Shown: positions 1 to 12,245, counted from the first letter of the stretch. The stretch is DNA of 64,000 nucleotides from Vulcanimicrobiota bacterium (GCA_963723515.1 CAVRQT010000003.1:384001-448000); one strand, 5' to 3'. Notes: generated from the sequence alone by a model not told the origin. Program-made: numbers and translations.

Positions 1-495
1 GCATCATTTGGTCGGCCGACGTCTTCCCGAAAAAAACCACTGCAAAAATGCTCTGCTGTGACGTTGACGACGCAATTTAGCACAAACGTTGCATCGTTTT
101 GTGATAGCTCAAGTAACGGCTTTTCCGGTGTCGCGCTGCGCGCTGCAGCAAGGACCTTGGTCTTGACATGGTCATTCAGCATGACTTCCCCCAACGGTCG
201 CTCAAGTATCGTACGAATTTTGAGCTGCCCATCCGCCAGCATGTTGAGGCTTACATGAAGCCGGTCAAGGAAGTCTTTTCGATCGTACTGTCTCTTTGCC
301 CGATATCGCACTACGAGCGCTCCGGCAGCGGCGCCTACGAAGGCTCCTAGAAAACTCAGATTCTTGAAAATATCAATTGCATGTTGCAGCAAATTCTGAT
401 TCATGGAACCCGCCGTTCATCTGCCGGTAGGATTGTCCTAGGCCACTAATCGTTGAAAGGGGACGCGCCGGTCTGGCGGGGCACGTAGAGCGTTC

Positions 496-1200
496 GTGGA
501 AGTCGATAGATGCACCGTGGAAGATAAATCGCTAGGCGATAGCACGGTTACATTTCTCTTTACCGACATCGAGCATTCGACGCAACGATGGGAGCGTGAT
601 CGAAGTGCGATGATGTATGCGGTGCAACGACACGATGAGCTGATGCGGGGCGCGATCAATGCCAGCGACGGTCACGTTTTTAAGACCGTCGGTGACGCGT
701 TCTGCGCCGTATTCAAGCGCCCTACAAACGCCGTCGTCGCCGCCATCGAGGCTCAGCGGCGAATTTTCAACGAGGACTTTTCAGCCGTTGGGGGCCTGCG
801 CGTGCGGATGGCGCTGCACAGCGGGACGGCCGATGAGCGCGATGGCGACTACTTCGGCCCGGCCCTCAACCGAGTCGCGCGGATCGTTTCGATCATCTAT
901 GGCGGCCAAGTCGTGCTCTCAGAGGTAACCTGCCTTCAGGTGCGCGATGAATTGCCGGGCGATACGACGCTCGTCAACCTGGGTGCGCACCGGCTCAAAG
1001 ATTTGGCTGAGCCCGAGCGTCTGCATCAACTTGTTGACTCCCGATCTGCCGCACGACTTTCCGACACTACGCTCCCTTGAAAAGCTGCCGAACAATCTTC
1101 CGCTGCAACTCACGCACTTCATCGGCCGCGATGCTGAACTAGCCGCGTTAGAAGCACTTTTAGAAGAATCGCGACTTGTGACACTCGCCGGCACCGCTCC
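496..1200 (+). pseudogene. Truncated class III adenylate/guanylate cyclase + STAND (NB-ARC-like) protein
   Basis: Cyclase motifs TFLFTDIE, KTVGDAF, GDYFGPALNRVAR in ORF 496-1080. Continues by frameshift in ORF 947-1279 (PNNLPLQLTHFIGR...LVTLAGT), then similarity to paralog 18078-20888 stops at the Walker A loop. Confidence 0.8.
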
Positions 1201-1497
1201 GAAGCGAGCTGCGAAAGGAGCCTTTGGTTTCCGAGGTCCGGTGGGCCGTCCATGTCCTGCCATGGGCACTCACTTCTAACGGCGCAACTCGTTTATCTCT
1301 GCATGTCTCAAATCGTCACCGCATCGCTTCCAGCTGGGCGGCCTTCCGTCGCTTCTCGCACTTCCATGAGGCCAAGATGCGATGGCGACTGCGCGGATGA
1401 ATTGCACCGGTGCGGCAAAACGCTGATGAAGCGATGAACAGCATCGTGAGCAGTGCGCGACGGCGCTAAGCGCTTCGAAAAGCTCACCTCGCGCTAT

Positions 1498-4379
1498 CTA
1501 GGGCCAGCCATTTCTGAAGCAAATTCGGCGCAAGCATCCCGATAGTGCAATGATTGCCCCAAAGAGACCAGCTGGTGTACTTGCTAATCGCCTCCCCACC
1601 ATTAAGCAAAGCGATCGCTCCCAGTCGTGCGGATCAACCGAATAGATTGCTAGCGTTCCGTACTGATGCTGTTCCAGGTATCCCGCTACGAGGTACCGGC
1701 CGTCCGCGCTAAAGCTTAAGCTTCGGAAGTGGTGATAGTTGCCGTTGAAGTGGGGTGGTTGTGGCAGCGGCGGCCCTACTCGATGTGCCCGTTTGAAAAT
1801 CGGCAAGCTGAATACCACCGTTTTCCAAACTCTGGAACGCATAGAGTCGAGAATTTGGCGATAAAGCGATTGGACCGCTCGCGGAAATTTCCAACCCAGG
1901 AACGGGATTCAAAGATGGCAAGGAGTATACGCGGAGTCCGGTTCTTGTGCTCTCAGGTTGTACAAAAAGCGTAACCCTCGTCTTTAGAGAACCCGGTTCC
2001 GTCGAAAAACCTACCGAATGCGCGTACCATCTCGGAACAATGTAAATAAGTAACCGGGCCCAACGGGCGCAGTGTCTTCTGTAGGCAGCCAAAAGCAATC
2101 GCCCACGCGAGCTCAGATAATCGGCTGTATCACAATACGCTGAAAAGCTACGGACCCTTCCGCCGCCTTCTTTAAGCGATTCTATATCGTCTGGCGCGAA
2201 AAGACGGTGCCGCACGATCGTGACCCATGCGTCGATGGGTCCCCATGCCGCCTGACAGATCCTCTACGTAATTGCCATCCTTGTCTAGCGAAACCGGCGG
2301 TAGCTGGAAAGAGTGCACTACCCTGGGGCCTGCGCCGATATCCATTAGTTCGACTCTACCGCTCGTGAAATAGATCCTCACCGCATGCACGCCGTCCCCG
2401 ACGTCCTTCAGTCTTACCGAACCGTTCGCGTACGTATCTCCTTCGAGTTGTGTGCGAAAGCGATTCAGTTGATACGCGCGCAGTCGGTTCCGTCCTTGCT
2501 GGATAAGTGTATCTCCACTGAACGCGTAGCTGTCGCCCCACGGCCCACCGTCAAGCACACCAATCATGGGCGAATGAATCTCCGAAAGAGATCGAAGAGC
2601 TGAGCCCCGTGAATGGCTCGACCGTGGCCGATGGTGACTCATTAGTGACGAATTCTTTTACATGATCATCGTAGACTCGGGCGCAAAGAAAACCCGGACC
2701 TGGTAAGAGTACTCCGGTCCCACAAGGCGTCGCTTTCGTTCATCGAAGAGGCTGGGTTAACCGCCCAGCATCAATCGTTCCTCGCGGCCACGAGTAGTTT
2801 AACAAAGTCACGGCGTGCCCGCAGGAAGCGCCCGGGACAGTCTGGACGATCTTGGTTTCCCAAGCAGCAGTTCGTATTAAACCGTCGTCACACCACGAAA
2901 TTTCATTCTTGGTCGAGTTAAATGCTATTCCCTGAGAACAATCCTTGATACAGTCCGCCTTCTTTATCGGAATATCCCGAAGCTGGCGCAACGAGGGCGT
3001 CGCAAAGATGGTCAGCTCAGCAGCGCCGGTGACCTCGTCCTGTTCAAAGCCCCGAGCAACGGTTAAAATACTGAGGACAGCAACGAATCTTCCGTCTGGA
3101 GAAACCGCTAGTCCGCAGGAAGCCCCCGCACCTGTGCTGCAGCAAGTGCCTTAGCGGAGCCAACGCGATATAACGCTGTAAGTCGCCGACTACTTGATGC
3201 GACAGCAAGTAGAGACGCGCTACTGCACGCTAGAGCCCTTACGTGCGCGCCGCGAAGACTCGACATGACGACAAACCGCGATCGGTGCACGATGCTGTAG
3301 ATTGTAACGCCCGACGAATCCGAGGCTGCGAATAGAGGGTTGCGCGGAAAACCACACAGGTGCGTCGCCAGCCGATGTACGGGCGTCCGCGACATGACAC
3401 TGAGATCGTTGGAGTCCAAAGACAATGAAATCTTTCGGCTGCTTACCGTCGGGCGTGACTGTTTCTATAGCGAGCAGCCGCCCATAATCCGAAAAAGCCG
3501 CCAATTCCCAATCCGGCACGGCGACACTGCGCAGAGCGTCAAGAGTGCTCAATTGCGCAAGCATGGCGCCTTCAGTTTCTGGCGTTTCCGCCGTTTTGTA
3601 TGCCTCTGTAGCGAGGATCGCGCCGACGACGCTTCCTTTCCGCTGCATACTCATTGACGCGGTTGCATTTGCCCGTTGGACAACGAGTCAACGATAGGCC
3701 ACCGTCGTCGGCCACACAACCAACCCAATGAAGACGATAGCGAGGACTGCCCGCAATATGAGGACACGGCGACGGCGAATCCGATCTCGCACCTTGAGCT
3801 CATCGAACCGGATGCCCGCGATCGCTGCGACGATTCGTAATCGTACGTCTCTTGCAGGCTCACCATGCGGTCGCGCATCGATGACGAGTGGTTCAGGAAG
3901 CCTTGATCCAGCGTCGTCGATCAGCAACGCGGCTGGAAGCGAGTCGCCCAGTTCACCGGCGACGAGCACGGCGAAAATGCGATCGCTGCCGTTCTTGTTA
4001 CGGAATTGGCGGATCTCCTGATTGACCCAATTCGAAGCAGCTGCGTCCGGCGAACACAGAACGACGAGTGTGCGCGAATCTTCAAGAGCAGCGCGTAGAG
4101 AAGCGCCAAGGTCGGCGGAACCTGAGAGCTCATCGCGGTCGCGAAAGATCGGAATAGGCGCTTGGGGAGCGGCTCTGCTGGTTCGCCACCCAATTTTGCT
4201 GGCAGTCGAAACGTCTCGATGGCACGAGCGAGTCGTTCCGCGGTTCGTTGCTCGTGGTGACTATAACTGAGGAAAGCCCAGTAGCGGGGAGCGCGTCCTA
4301 CAGAGGTTTGCAAAAAGACACCTGACCGATGTTCCTTGGGCGCGTCGCGGCTGTTAGGCGCTTCCCCGTCCTCTATCAC
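1498..4379 (-). CDS. TIR domain + transmembrane helix + WD40-like beta-propeller protein (multiply frameshifted)
   Basis: Joined frames give YWAFLSYSH...PIFRDRDELSGSADLG...LVVLCSPDAAASNWVNQEI (TIR), then RRRRVLILRAVLAIVFIGLVVW (TM), the linker AILATEAYK...TEGAML, and propeller-like strands (AAFSDYGRLLA, IALSPNSRL, LSFSADGRYLVAG). Confidence 0.75.
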
Positions 4380-4851
4380 AGCTATAAAAATCTTCGGAGC
4401 AATTAAAAGAAAATCTTGCCTAGTCTACTGACGCGCACTCCACGTCGCTCGGAAAAGTCGGTTGCGCTGTACCGCGCCGGCTCGGAAACGCCCGATATCG
4501 TGCTGAAAATGCAGACGCAGCGGCGCGGATCCGTTACTCTATGTCACGGCATGTCACGGCTTCTGTTGCACTTCAAAACCGCCGACCCAGGCTCAGTACA
4601 GGGACACACTGACCTTCACCAGCAGGTGGCGCACTACATGTCGTCACGCCCTTTTGCGAACCTGGCGAGCCAAATCGCTCCCCGTCTGAACACGTTCACA
4701 AGATTTACGTCTTAAACGGAATTTCTCTCAAACAAGTTGGCCACAATTCATCAACTAAGGCCCCACCGCCCAGCGCCGGCCTCGCAATAGCATCCACCGT
4801 AATGCCGAGGAAGCCGCCGCGCACGAGACAGTTCACCCTTTTTCGATACCA

Positions 4852-6262
4852 TTAACTCACCGCAACCGGCTGTGTTGCGGTTTTGAAGTCCTCAATGAAG
4901 CGATCCAGTTCTTGCATGTCGATATCAGCCGGTGTGGCATCCTTTATCTCCATTAAGTTGCTTAGCGTCGTTGCGCTTTCGAACGGCTCAATCTTTAACG
5001 ATTAGCTTTAGCAGGCCAGCCCCCGCGCGTTGCCAGTCGTTCGCGAGTACTGCAAGTTCAATACCTGTTGCGAGTAGCCAGTAATCGGGCGTGTCGCCGA
5101 GGCGAGCAACGGCGAAGGTAACCGCTGGCACGATCTTTTTCTTCATCGCGATGGATTCTGGAGAATTTCGAATCGCGAGTAGCGTGGCGAAATTTACGCC
5201 GGGATAGTAGTCGCGCGGATCCGCCATGAAACCGCGCTGGTACGAAGCGATGGCTTCATCGAGAAACGCCATAGCTTGAAACGGGTTCTTGCCTTTTGTT
5301 TCCTTATAACGGTCTTTCCAAATGCGTCCTAAAAGTCCGCAGGTCTCGGGGTCATCCCCGTGATCTTTTACTATCGCTTCTAGCAGTCGTTGCGCTTTGT
5401 CGCGATCACCGGGTTGATTGCGTCGGTTGAGGACAAGCGCATATTGTTGGCGCAATGTGACCGAGGTGTCCATGAGCCACTGCGGCAGGCGTTCGGCTAA
5501 CAACACAGCCGCGTCCCAAGCTTGCAGATCTCGGTAGCTGAGCAACACATCGACAAATAGTTCGGCGTTGTTTTGCTGCGGAGCCCCCAGTTCAGTTTCA
5601 ATTGCCTTGATGAGCTCGAGGGCATGGTCGCTGTCTTTGCGAGCCGCTTGCAGGCGTATGCGCACACCGTCGACGTAACGGCTTCGGTCACGAAAGTTTT
5701 CCGTAACTTCGTGCGGCAAGTGGATTCCCGGAAACTCTGGAAGAAGCTGGAACAGCGGGCTGTCGCTCGATTCGGGATTCGCCAACGCGTATTCAACTCT
5801 GTCTTGAAGTGTTTGCTGCAATTGTGCAGCGCTCTCGGCGCTTAATTTTCCGTTGTCTAATTGATAGGGGATCGAGCTGATCATGGATATGTCGAAGGGG
5901 AGTATTCCTTGATTCCCCCAGATGATGATCGTGGACCGCGGCCGCGCGGCGTGCCGAATTCCCAGCTCGTAGAAGACGTTCGGGTTTGGGACCGTGACAT
6001 CGACGATCGTAACATCAGCTAGCAGCAAGCGCTCGAACATCGGCACATGAATAATCCCGCCACCGCGCTCCTCGTCCGCGCGGATGCATTCCAGCTTAAG
6101 GCCATCGACAGCCGGCTTAATTCCACGCGTGTAAATATCGTCGAAATCGATTTCCAACGTGCGCGTTGCATCTGGCTTCTTGCCGAAGGGCATCGCCACG
6201 AAGACCAAAGGCGCGCACGGGTTCGGCGCTTGCGGCGAAATGCGTTGCTTATGGGTAGTCAC
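4852..6262 (-). CDS. Nucleoside 2-deoxyribosyltransferase-like (DRHyd/ASK-type) domain + DUF4071/MAP3K TRAF-binding TPR protein
   Basis: FVAMPFG...RADE...ADVTIVDVTVPNPNVFYELGIRHA; LLSYRD...QQYALVLNRRN...ETCGLLGRIWKD...YYPGVNFATL. C-terminus continues after a frameshift near 4990 (FESATTLSNL...AVS*). Start estimated at GTG 6262. Confidence 0.85.
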
Positions 6263-6366
6263 GGGATCGACTCCGTTCAGTTGTACCGCAATGCGGTACG
6301 GTCTTAGTAGCGCTTTATCGGAAGCGGGGGATGTCCTCGTCGTTGGGCTACTAAATATACTTTCGT

Positions 6367-8024
6367 ATGGCCGCACGTGCACCGGTGATGGAAACGGGGC
6401 CGTTCCCGCTTGTGGTCGGCGTGACCGGACACCGCGACCTGCGAGAAGCGGATCTCCCTCCGCTGCGTGAGGCGGTGTGCGCGGTGCTCAATACGTACCG
6501 GACAAATCTACCGCGCACGGCAATTACGATTCTATCGTCGCTCGCTGACGGGGCGGATCGTTTGGTCGCGCGCGTAGCGCTTGAGCGGGGATGCAGCCTT
6601 GCGGCTGCGCTGCCGATGCCGCGCGAGGAATTTAAAACGACGCTTAAAGACGACGCTGCCCGCGCCGAGTTTGATTGGTTGCTCGCCCAATGTACGGCGC
6701 AGTTTGTAGCACCACCGCTGAACCGCGATATTGATTGGCGGCAGCGTCGGTCGATCTTCGCTACGCGAATTGCGCCGCGTACATAGTCATGCGATCCGCC
6801 GAACAAATCGCACTGTGGGACGGAAGGCGCACCGATGGAATCGCCGGCACAGCTGCCAGCGTGCGGTTCATGCTCGAAGGAGTTCCCGAGCCGATTGTCT
6901 CTCGGCGCAGCGACTTAGATCCCGAACCGATTGGCCCAATTATTCAAATCGTTACACCGCGAGAGGCTAATCCTTCGCCCGACGGTGTGCCTTACAGCAT
7001 CAAGCGCCTGTATCCGCCGTTCCTCATTTCGCAAGTTGATAACGAGGATGTCTTTGCGGATCTACTTCACCACCTTGATAACTATAATAACGACGCGATC
7101 GAATGCGCGCACGTGCGCAAGATGCGCCACTTTTCTCTTGAAGAGCTGCAAAACATCACCGAGGTGCTCTCGGGCTACTACCAGGGCTGGACGCAACGCG
7201 TACTGCTCTCGGCGTTGGCATTTTGTCTTGGCAACCGTCTTTTTCGACCTATATGTTACGGGGTTGCTTCAATCGGCATTGGTGTTACTGAGCTATTTCG
7301 GCTTAACGCTTGGCGCCGTTATCGTTTATGCGATTTCTCAACGGCGCGGCTATCAAGATCGCTATCAAGATTATCGTTCACTCGGAGAGGCCTTGCGCGT
7401 GGCCGCTTTTTGGCATCGAGCTGGCGTCGCCGCATCGCCCGCTGACGTGGTTGCGCACCTTCAGCGGGGAGAAGTGAGTTGGCTGCCGACTGCGATTCGG
7501 GCGCTCGTTGAACCATGGCTCCCAAATATTCCGAGGCCTTCAGTGAACGCGGCCGGGTTGCGAGATGTCTACGAGCAATCGGTCGTTGACCAAGCGGCTT
7601 GGTATGCTCGGCGAATCAAGGAAAAGCGACAGTTTAGCGCGCACGCCGCCGTTATAGCCTTCTAGCAGTCGCCGCGGCCGAAGCGATCATTCCGCTGCAG
7701 CTGCTGCCGGGGATGCATGGATGGCGCGAGGGGATATTTCTGGTAAGCGGCGTTTGCGCGATACTCGCCGCACTCATTAGCTACTATGCCGAAAAGCGGG
7801 GGTGGCTCGAGGAAATGAAGGAGTACATGCGGGTCGGCGCGCTGTTCGGTCGTGCACGCGAGCAACTGTCAACGCTCTTGTCTGAGCCTTCCTTAAGCGA
7901 AGCGACACTACTACGGATCCGCCGCATGCTCGAAGAACTCGGCCGCGAAGCTCTGCGCGAAAATATAGCGTGGCGCAATTTGCATCGCCAGCGTCCGATT
8001 AAGTTACCGCATATGCACGTATAA
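6367..8024 (+). CDS. SLOG domain + SLATT/DUF4231-like transmembrane effector protein (copy 1, frameshifted)
   Basis: SLOG motifs VVGVTGHR, SSLADGADRL, AALPMP, ALWDG...GT. TM pairs followed by YQDRYQDYRSLGEALR and LGREALRENIAW. Spread over ORFs 6367, 6735, 6931 and 7713. Confidence 0.75.
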
Positions 8025-8073
8025 TTTGCGGTGGAATGCAGGTGATCGAGTATCTATACTCACGGAATAAAGC

Positions 8074-8684
8074 ATGAATAAGAGAGGGGCTGGGATCGTA
8101 ATGGCGGATAAATCGGACCGCGCGATCGTAAATTCTCGGAACGTAATTCTATTCTCTTTGGCTTGGTTAATCGCTCTGCTCGCGTTCGGCGCGCAAACAT
8201 CGCTTCCGGCGACCGCTAGCGCCATACGCCTCGATGACGTGGTCGATATGACGCTCGCAGGTGGCTTGCGGCTTTCGCGCTGGGGTCTTTGCGCTCGAGG
8301 ACTTTTCGTTGGCGTCGTAGCAGCGAGCGACGAAAATTCATTCCTGGGCGTCATCTATATTAAGCGAAGCGCTGTAAGAATCATAACGGTGCGCGGGCGC
8401 GAACGGAGCAGCGATCGCTCTGATTGCGCGGCGTACCAATCCGTGTCCGACCTCGTCAGGGGCGAAACCTACCGTTGCCGTTGGAAATAGCCGACCGGAA
8501 AGGTAACGTGTATGTGGGCGCGACTCCTTTGCGCCTTAACTCCGGAACTTTTGATGTCGCCGGCGCGTGCCAATACCGCCGCGAACTTGGTGGACCAACG
8601 TGTCGGGAGAAGATTAGCGCTCATCGTCCCGTCATTTTGCGGTCCGAGGACATCATTCTCATTACGGGCTACAGGAGTAAATGA
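8074..8684 (+). CDS. Hypothetical secreted protein (probably frameshifted)
   Basis: Signal-peptide-like VILFSLAWLIALLAFGA in ORF 8074-8490 and an overlapping downstream ORF 8424-8684. No recognised domain. Confidence 0.35.
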
Positions 8685-8774
8685 AATCCGTTATTGATAT
8701 GTGGCTTTGTATTTATGCCGAGGCACTGTTAAAGCAGCGCAAGGCTTGTGCAGCGTAGGCGGAACGCATCGCAT

Positions 8775-9331
8775 CTATTGGTTTCGTTTTAGGCTGGCTC
8801 TTTTCAACCAAAGGTAAAGCGACGACGCGATCATCACGAGTCCCGTGAGGAGCCCGTACCCGGTCAGGCCGAGCAATAGCGTCGCAGGCATCGGTAGATC
8901 GCCAGTCCAGAGGCGTACGAGTAACGTCACCATGCCCGCAAGTACGGAAACGCTGCCAACCGTCGTGATTGCCGCGGAGCCGTCAGTGTTCGCACACCGT
9001 CCAGCGATCATTTCAAGCAGCCCTTTGCATATGAACCACCACATTAATGCAACTAAGTAACTGCCTGGCAGCCAGCATCAGCGCGGCAGACGTCAGGGTG
9101 GACAAAACCGAGTAGCAGCAACACATTTCTCGCGCGACCTCGTGACACGTACGCGGTCCAAGCTGAAAAGGCAAATTCCGTAAGTGCATACGCACAGCAC
9201 AGCAGCGGAAGAACAAAAATGAGGCCAACGAGCGCTGGCAAGATTGCGGCCGAAAACGCCAGCGCGAAGATGCTGCGAGGTAGAAGGAATGCCTGCCAAG
9301 TGCTGAACCATTTAGGCTGCAGAAGGCCCAA
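8775..9331 (-). CDS. Hypothetical multi-pass membrane protein (frameshifted)
   Basis: Hydrophobic ORFs 9053-9331 and 8775-9044 in series, just downstream of the TIR-MCE gene. Confidence 0.4.
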
Positions 9332-9360
9332 GAGGCTAACTGGCCTGTTGCTTTATTTGC

Positions 9361-10194
9361 TTACAGTCCCGTGCGGCTCTGCGCAAAGTACGGCAATGTG
9401 ATGTGGCAGCTGGCGGCTGATGAACTTCCGTAGAGAGGTTGTCCGATGTGAACTATCGGGGAGTTAAGCACACCATCGTGTGCAATTGTAAATCGTGCGT
9501 CTTCGGGAATGTCGATGTCAGGCTTAAGCTGCATGATCACCTCCACTCATCGTTTAACTTGTCTCGGCATGACGTATGCCGGCTCTGTGGGAGCAGAATA
9601 ACGTTACCAACTTGGCCCACCTCTACGCCATTGTATTGAACTGGCGTATCTGCGCTGACGCTTCCCGCATCTGGAAACGAGACGCCGATCGCGTACATGC
9701 CTACTCTTGCGTTGAAATCAATGAGCGAGCGAAACGCAAAGAACAAAGCGACGAGAACCAGCGGCGTGGCCCACAATGCAATGCGCCGCGTCATCCTGCG
9801 TCGCCGCGCCAGACGTTGGACGGTATCGCGAACCTCGGCGGCCACGTTCCCCTGCGGCATAAGCACTGAAAAAGGGCGTAACGAGCTAGGAAGCTCGTCA
9901 AACGGCACAGGTTGTAACATCACCGGAATAATGCGCCCTTGAGGCTTGCGCCATCGCTCTTCGGCAAAACGGAGTTCGGTTCGGGAAGCTCCCTCGTTGC
10001 ACTGACTCGGGGGTGACTAAGAAGATCATCATGTCGCTCTTATAGAGCGATTCTCTGATCCACTTGTTGAAATCGTCGCCCGCTATAATGTTGTCTTTGG
10101 CGAAGAGCACGTCATTCCCGGCGGACTTGAGCGTTGCTGCAATCGTTTCGGCATCTCGCTGATGTGCGTTCGGATAGGACAGGAAGATTCGCAT
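9361..10194 (-). CDS. TIR domain + TM helix + MCE/MlaD domain fusion (two frameshifts)
   Basis: MRIFLSY...IIAGDDF...IFLVTPESV...TELRFAEERW...RIIPVML (TIR); RRIALWATPLVLVALFFAF (TM); YAIGVSFPDAGSVSADTPVQYNGVEVGQVGNV...VEVIMQL...IPEDARFTI..DGVL (MCE pattern). Confidence 0.75.
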
Positions 10195-10242
10195 CGTACC
10201 TCAATCCGCAGATTCTGGCCGCAAGGGTTTTGGAGGACTTAC

Positions 10243-10505
10243 ATGAGCAATCGCCGCGTCGCTTTCGTCGCGGTCGTCATCGGCTTCCTTGCTCTTTCAA
10301 TGTTCAATTTGCTGGTCACGCGCGCGGTCGTTTCGGCCCGACAACCCTTATGCAAACTCTCCTGGTTCTATCTTGGGTGCTAGTTTCCGCGACGAACCTC
10401 GAGCAGGTTAAAGCTAACGTTTTGGCGCGTGGGATACTCGCGGAAGCGGTGCTGGTTATTGTCGCACTGCTATATTGCTGCTGCTGGCCCTTCGAAGAAA
10501 TGTAA
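10243..10505 (+). CDS. Small membrane protein (frameshifted)
   Basis: GGAGG RBS before ATG 10243; hydrophobic segments VAFVAVVIGFLAL and ILAEAVLVIVALL. Confidence 0.45.
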
Positions 10506-10599
10506 GGGACAGAAGTGAGATGGTGTGCCAGTTCAGCGTCGCTTTGCGTGTCAGCAGGCAAATTTCTGCAGACGGCGTCGCCAAAAAATGTCGCCTTTC

Positions 10600-12245
10600 T
10601 TAGTGCGGAACACTCAGGGGAGAATTCTCGTTGGCCGAGGAGCCAGTCCGCATGTTCGACTAACGCTTCACGGGCAAGGTTCCGAATGATGTCCGTCTCC
10701 GCTTGGCTGCGCGCCGTTACGCCATCGAGCAGGCGCGCGTATTGTGCGAACAGCAGGTACATGCGCTCGTAACGTTTGGCGTTTTTCGCAAATCCTCTCT
10801 TGGCGGCGTAGTTGGAAAGGAAGAGCGCAATTAGGCCGCCGATGGCGAGCGGTGCGGTGGCGTTGGGATCTTGCAACGAAGTCCCCGCGTGCGCCAAATG
10901 CCAACGCTGCATGTCAGCTGAAATCACGGTTGGCCATAGCCAGCCGGTCCGGGCTTCCACGTCGTGCGCATGCTGCGGCAAGATGGTGCCCAGCGTCCCC
11001 GCTAAAGCAACCAGCGCACCGACAGCGGCGCCCGCGACGTTGAGAAAACGGGCGTGCCCTGCTTGCGTTTTTGTTGCATTTTGGTAGTAGTCTCGTTGGC
11101 CAGTCACCCACTCTCGGGCTTCTCTGGAACAATCCGCTGTAGACTGAGGAGTACTTTGAGGTGCGGTTACCTCGATGCTTCGCAATGCCCTCCGGATCCA
11201 TTGCAGTTCGCTTTTCTGCATCGAGAGATAAGCTGTCTGAGCGAAATCAGACGGCAGCCCGGCGCACGCTGTTGCATACGTTGTGCGTAAGGCTTCGCTT
11301 AACGCGCGGTAATCTTGATAGCGGTTCTCGTAGTCGAACCGCCGTGCGAACGCAAATGCACCGTAGGCGAGGACGAGCGTCGCGATTTTCACGTCGTTGA
11401 CAAATGGAATATTGCTTAAGAATTGTGCCGCCGCGGCAAAGAATGCGCAAATATATACCAGCAAGACCAAAGCCAACGTGCGAGACTGGAGTTGTCCAGC
11501 GGCACGGCCCAACCGCTCTTGCATCGATCCGCTTTGCCGGGCGATGTCGAGATTGCATTTTCGCAAGTGGCGTAGCGCGCTGTTAAAGTCTCGCGCGGCG
11601 GTTTTGTCGCCTTCGAATCGCGGCGGGAATAGGCGCCTGATCGTAAAAGCGTCAGGCAGCGATTGCCCCGTTTCGGATGGCGTAAGGATTTCAAACGTCG
11701 GCGCGATATCGGGCTGTGACGGGCGGCGAGGTCGGCATCAACGCCGGTGGCCTCGCCCGTTTTTCGCATCGTAACGACGTCTCGCCGGCGCCGCCGTCCA
11801 ACGTGGCGCCGTCCCAAAAGATTGCGGCGATATGGCTAAAAGTAGCTAAGCACAGTGCGACCGCGTTGTCGCTCTGCGAAGGGTTTTCGGAGGTTCCGAC
11901 CACGATTGTTGTGCTACTTTGCTGCAACGCGGCACGAAAACGTGCCAGATGATCGGGCGAGAAGCGTTGTTCGTAGTCTGCTTGGGGCGCGGGCAAGAGT
12001 GCGATGACAGGAACGCGGGCCGCAAAGGCGCGCTCCGCGGCAATGATTTCCGCGCCCGGGCAAAGTGCACTCATGACGGCAAGCGGCAGACCTTTGTGCG
12101 CGAAAACGAGCTGATCTAAAAGAACGCCGAACGCGCTTGAAAGCTTCGGTTCGTCGGAGGGCGCGATCTGGGTGTATCCGGTTAGCCCGATGAGCAGTGG
12201 TATGCCCGGCGCGCTCCGCGCTTCGCTTGTTTCAAGCTGACCCAT
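10600..12245 (-). CDS. SLOG domain + SLATT/DUF4231-like transmembrane protein (copy 2, frameshifted)
   Basis: LIGLTGYT, SALCPGAEII, ALLPAP, IFWDG...GGAG; then YENRYQDYRALSEALR and LAREALVEHADW. Colinear with 6367-8024. Stop reconstructed at 10600 (...SPLSVPH*). Confidence 0.75.

Noticed and set aside
1..350. Short ORFs at the window start
   Set aside because: No recognisable motif; may be the end of an upstream gene but cannot be supported.
10316..10599. C-terminal extension of ORF 10316-11566
   Set aside because: Likely frameshift read-through; the paralog ends at the equivalent of 10600, and the extension overlaps a + strand gene.
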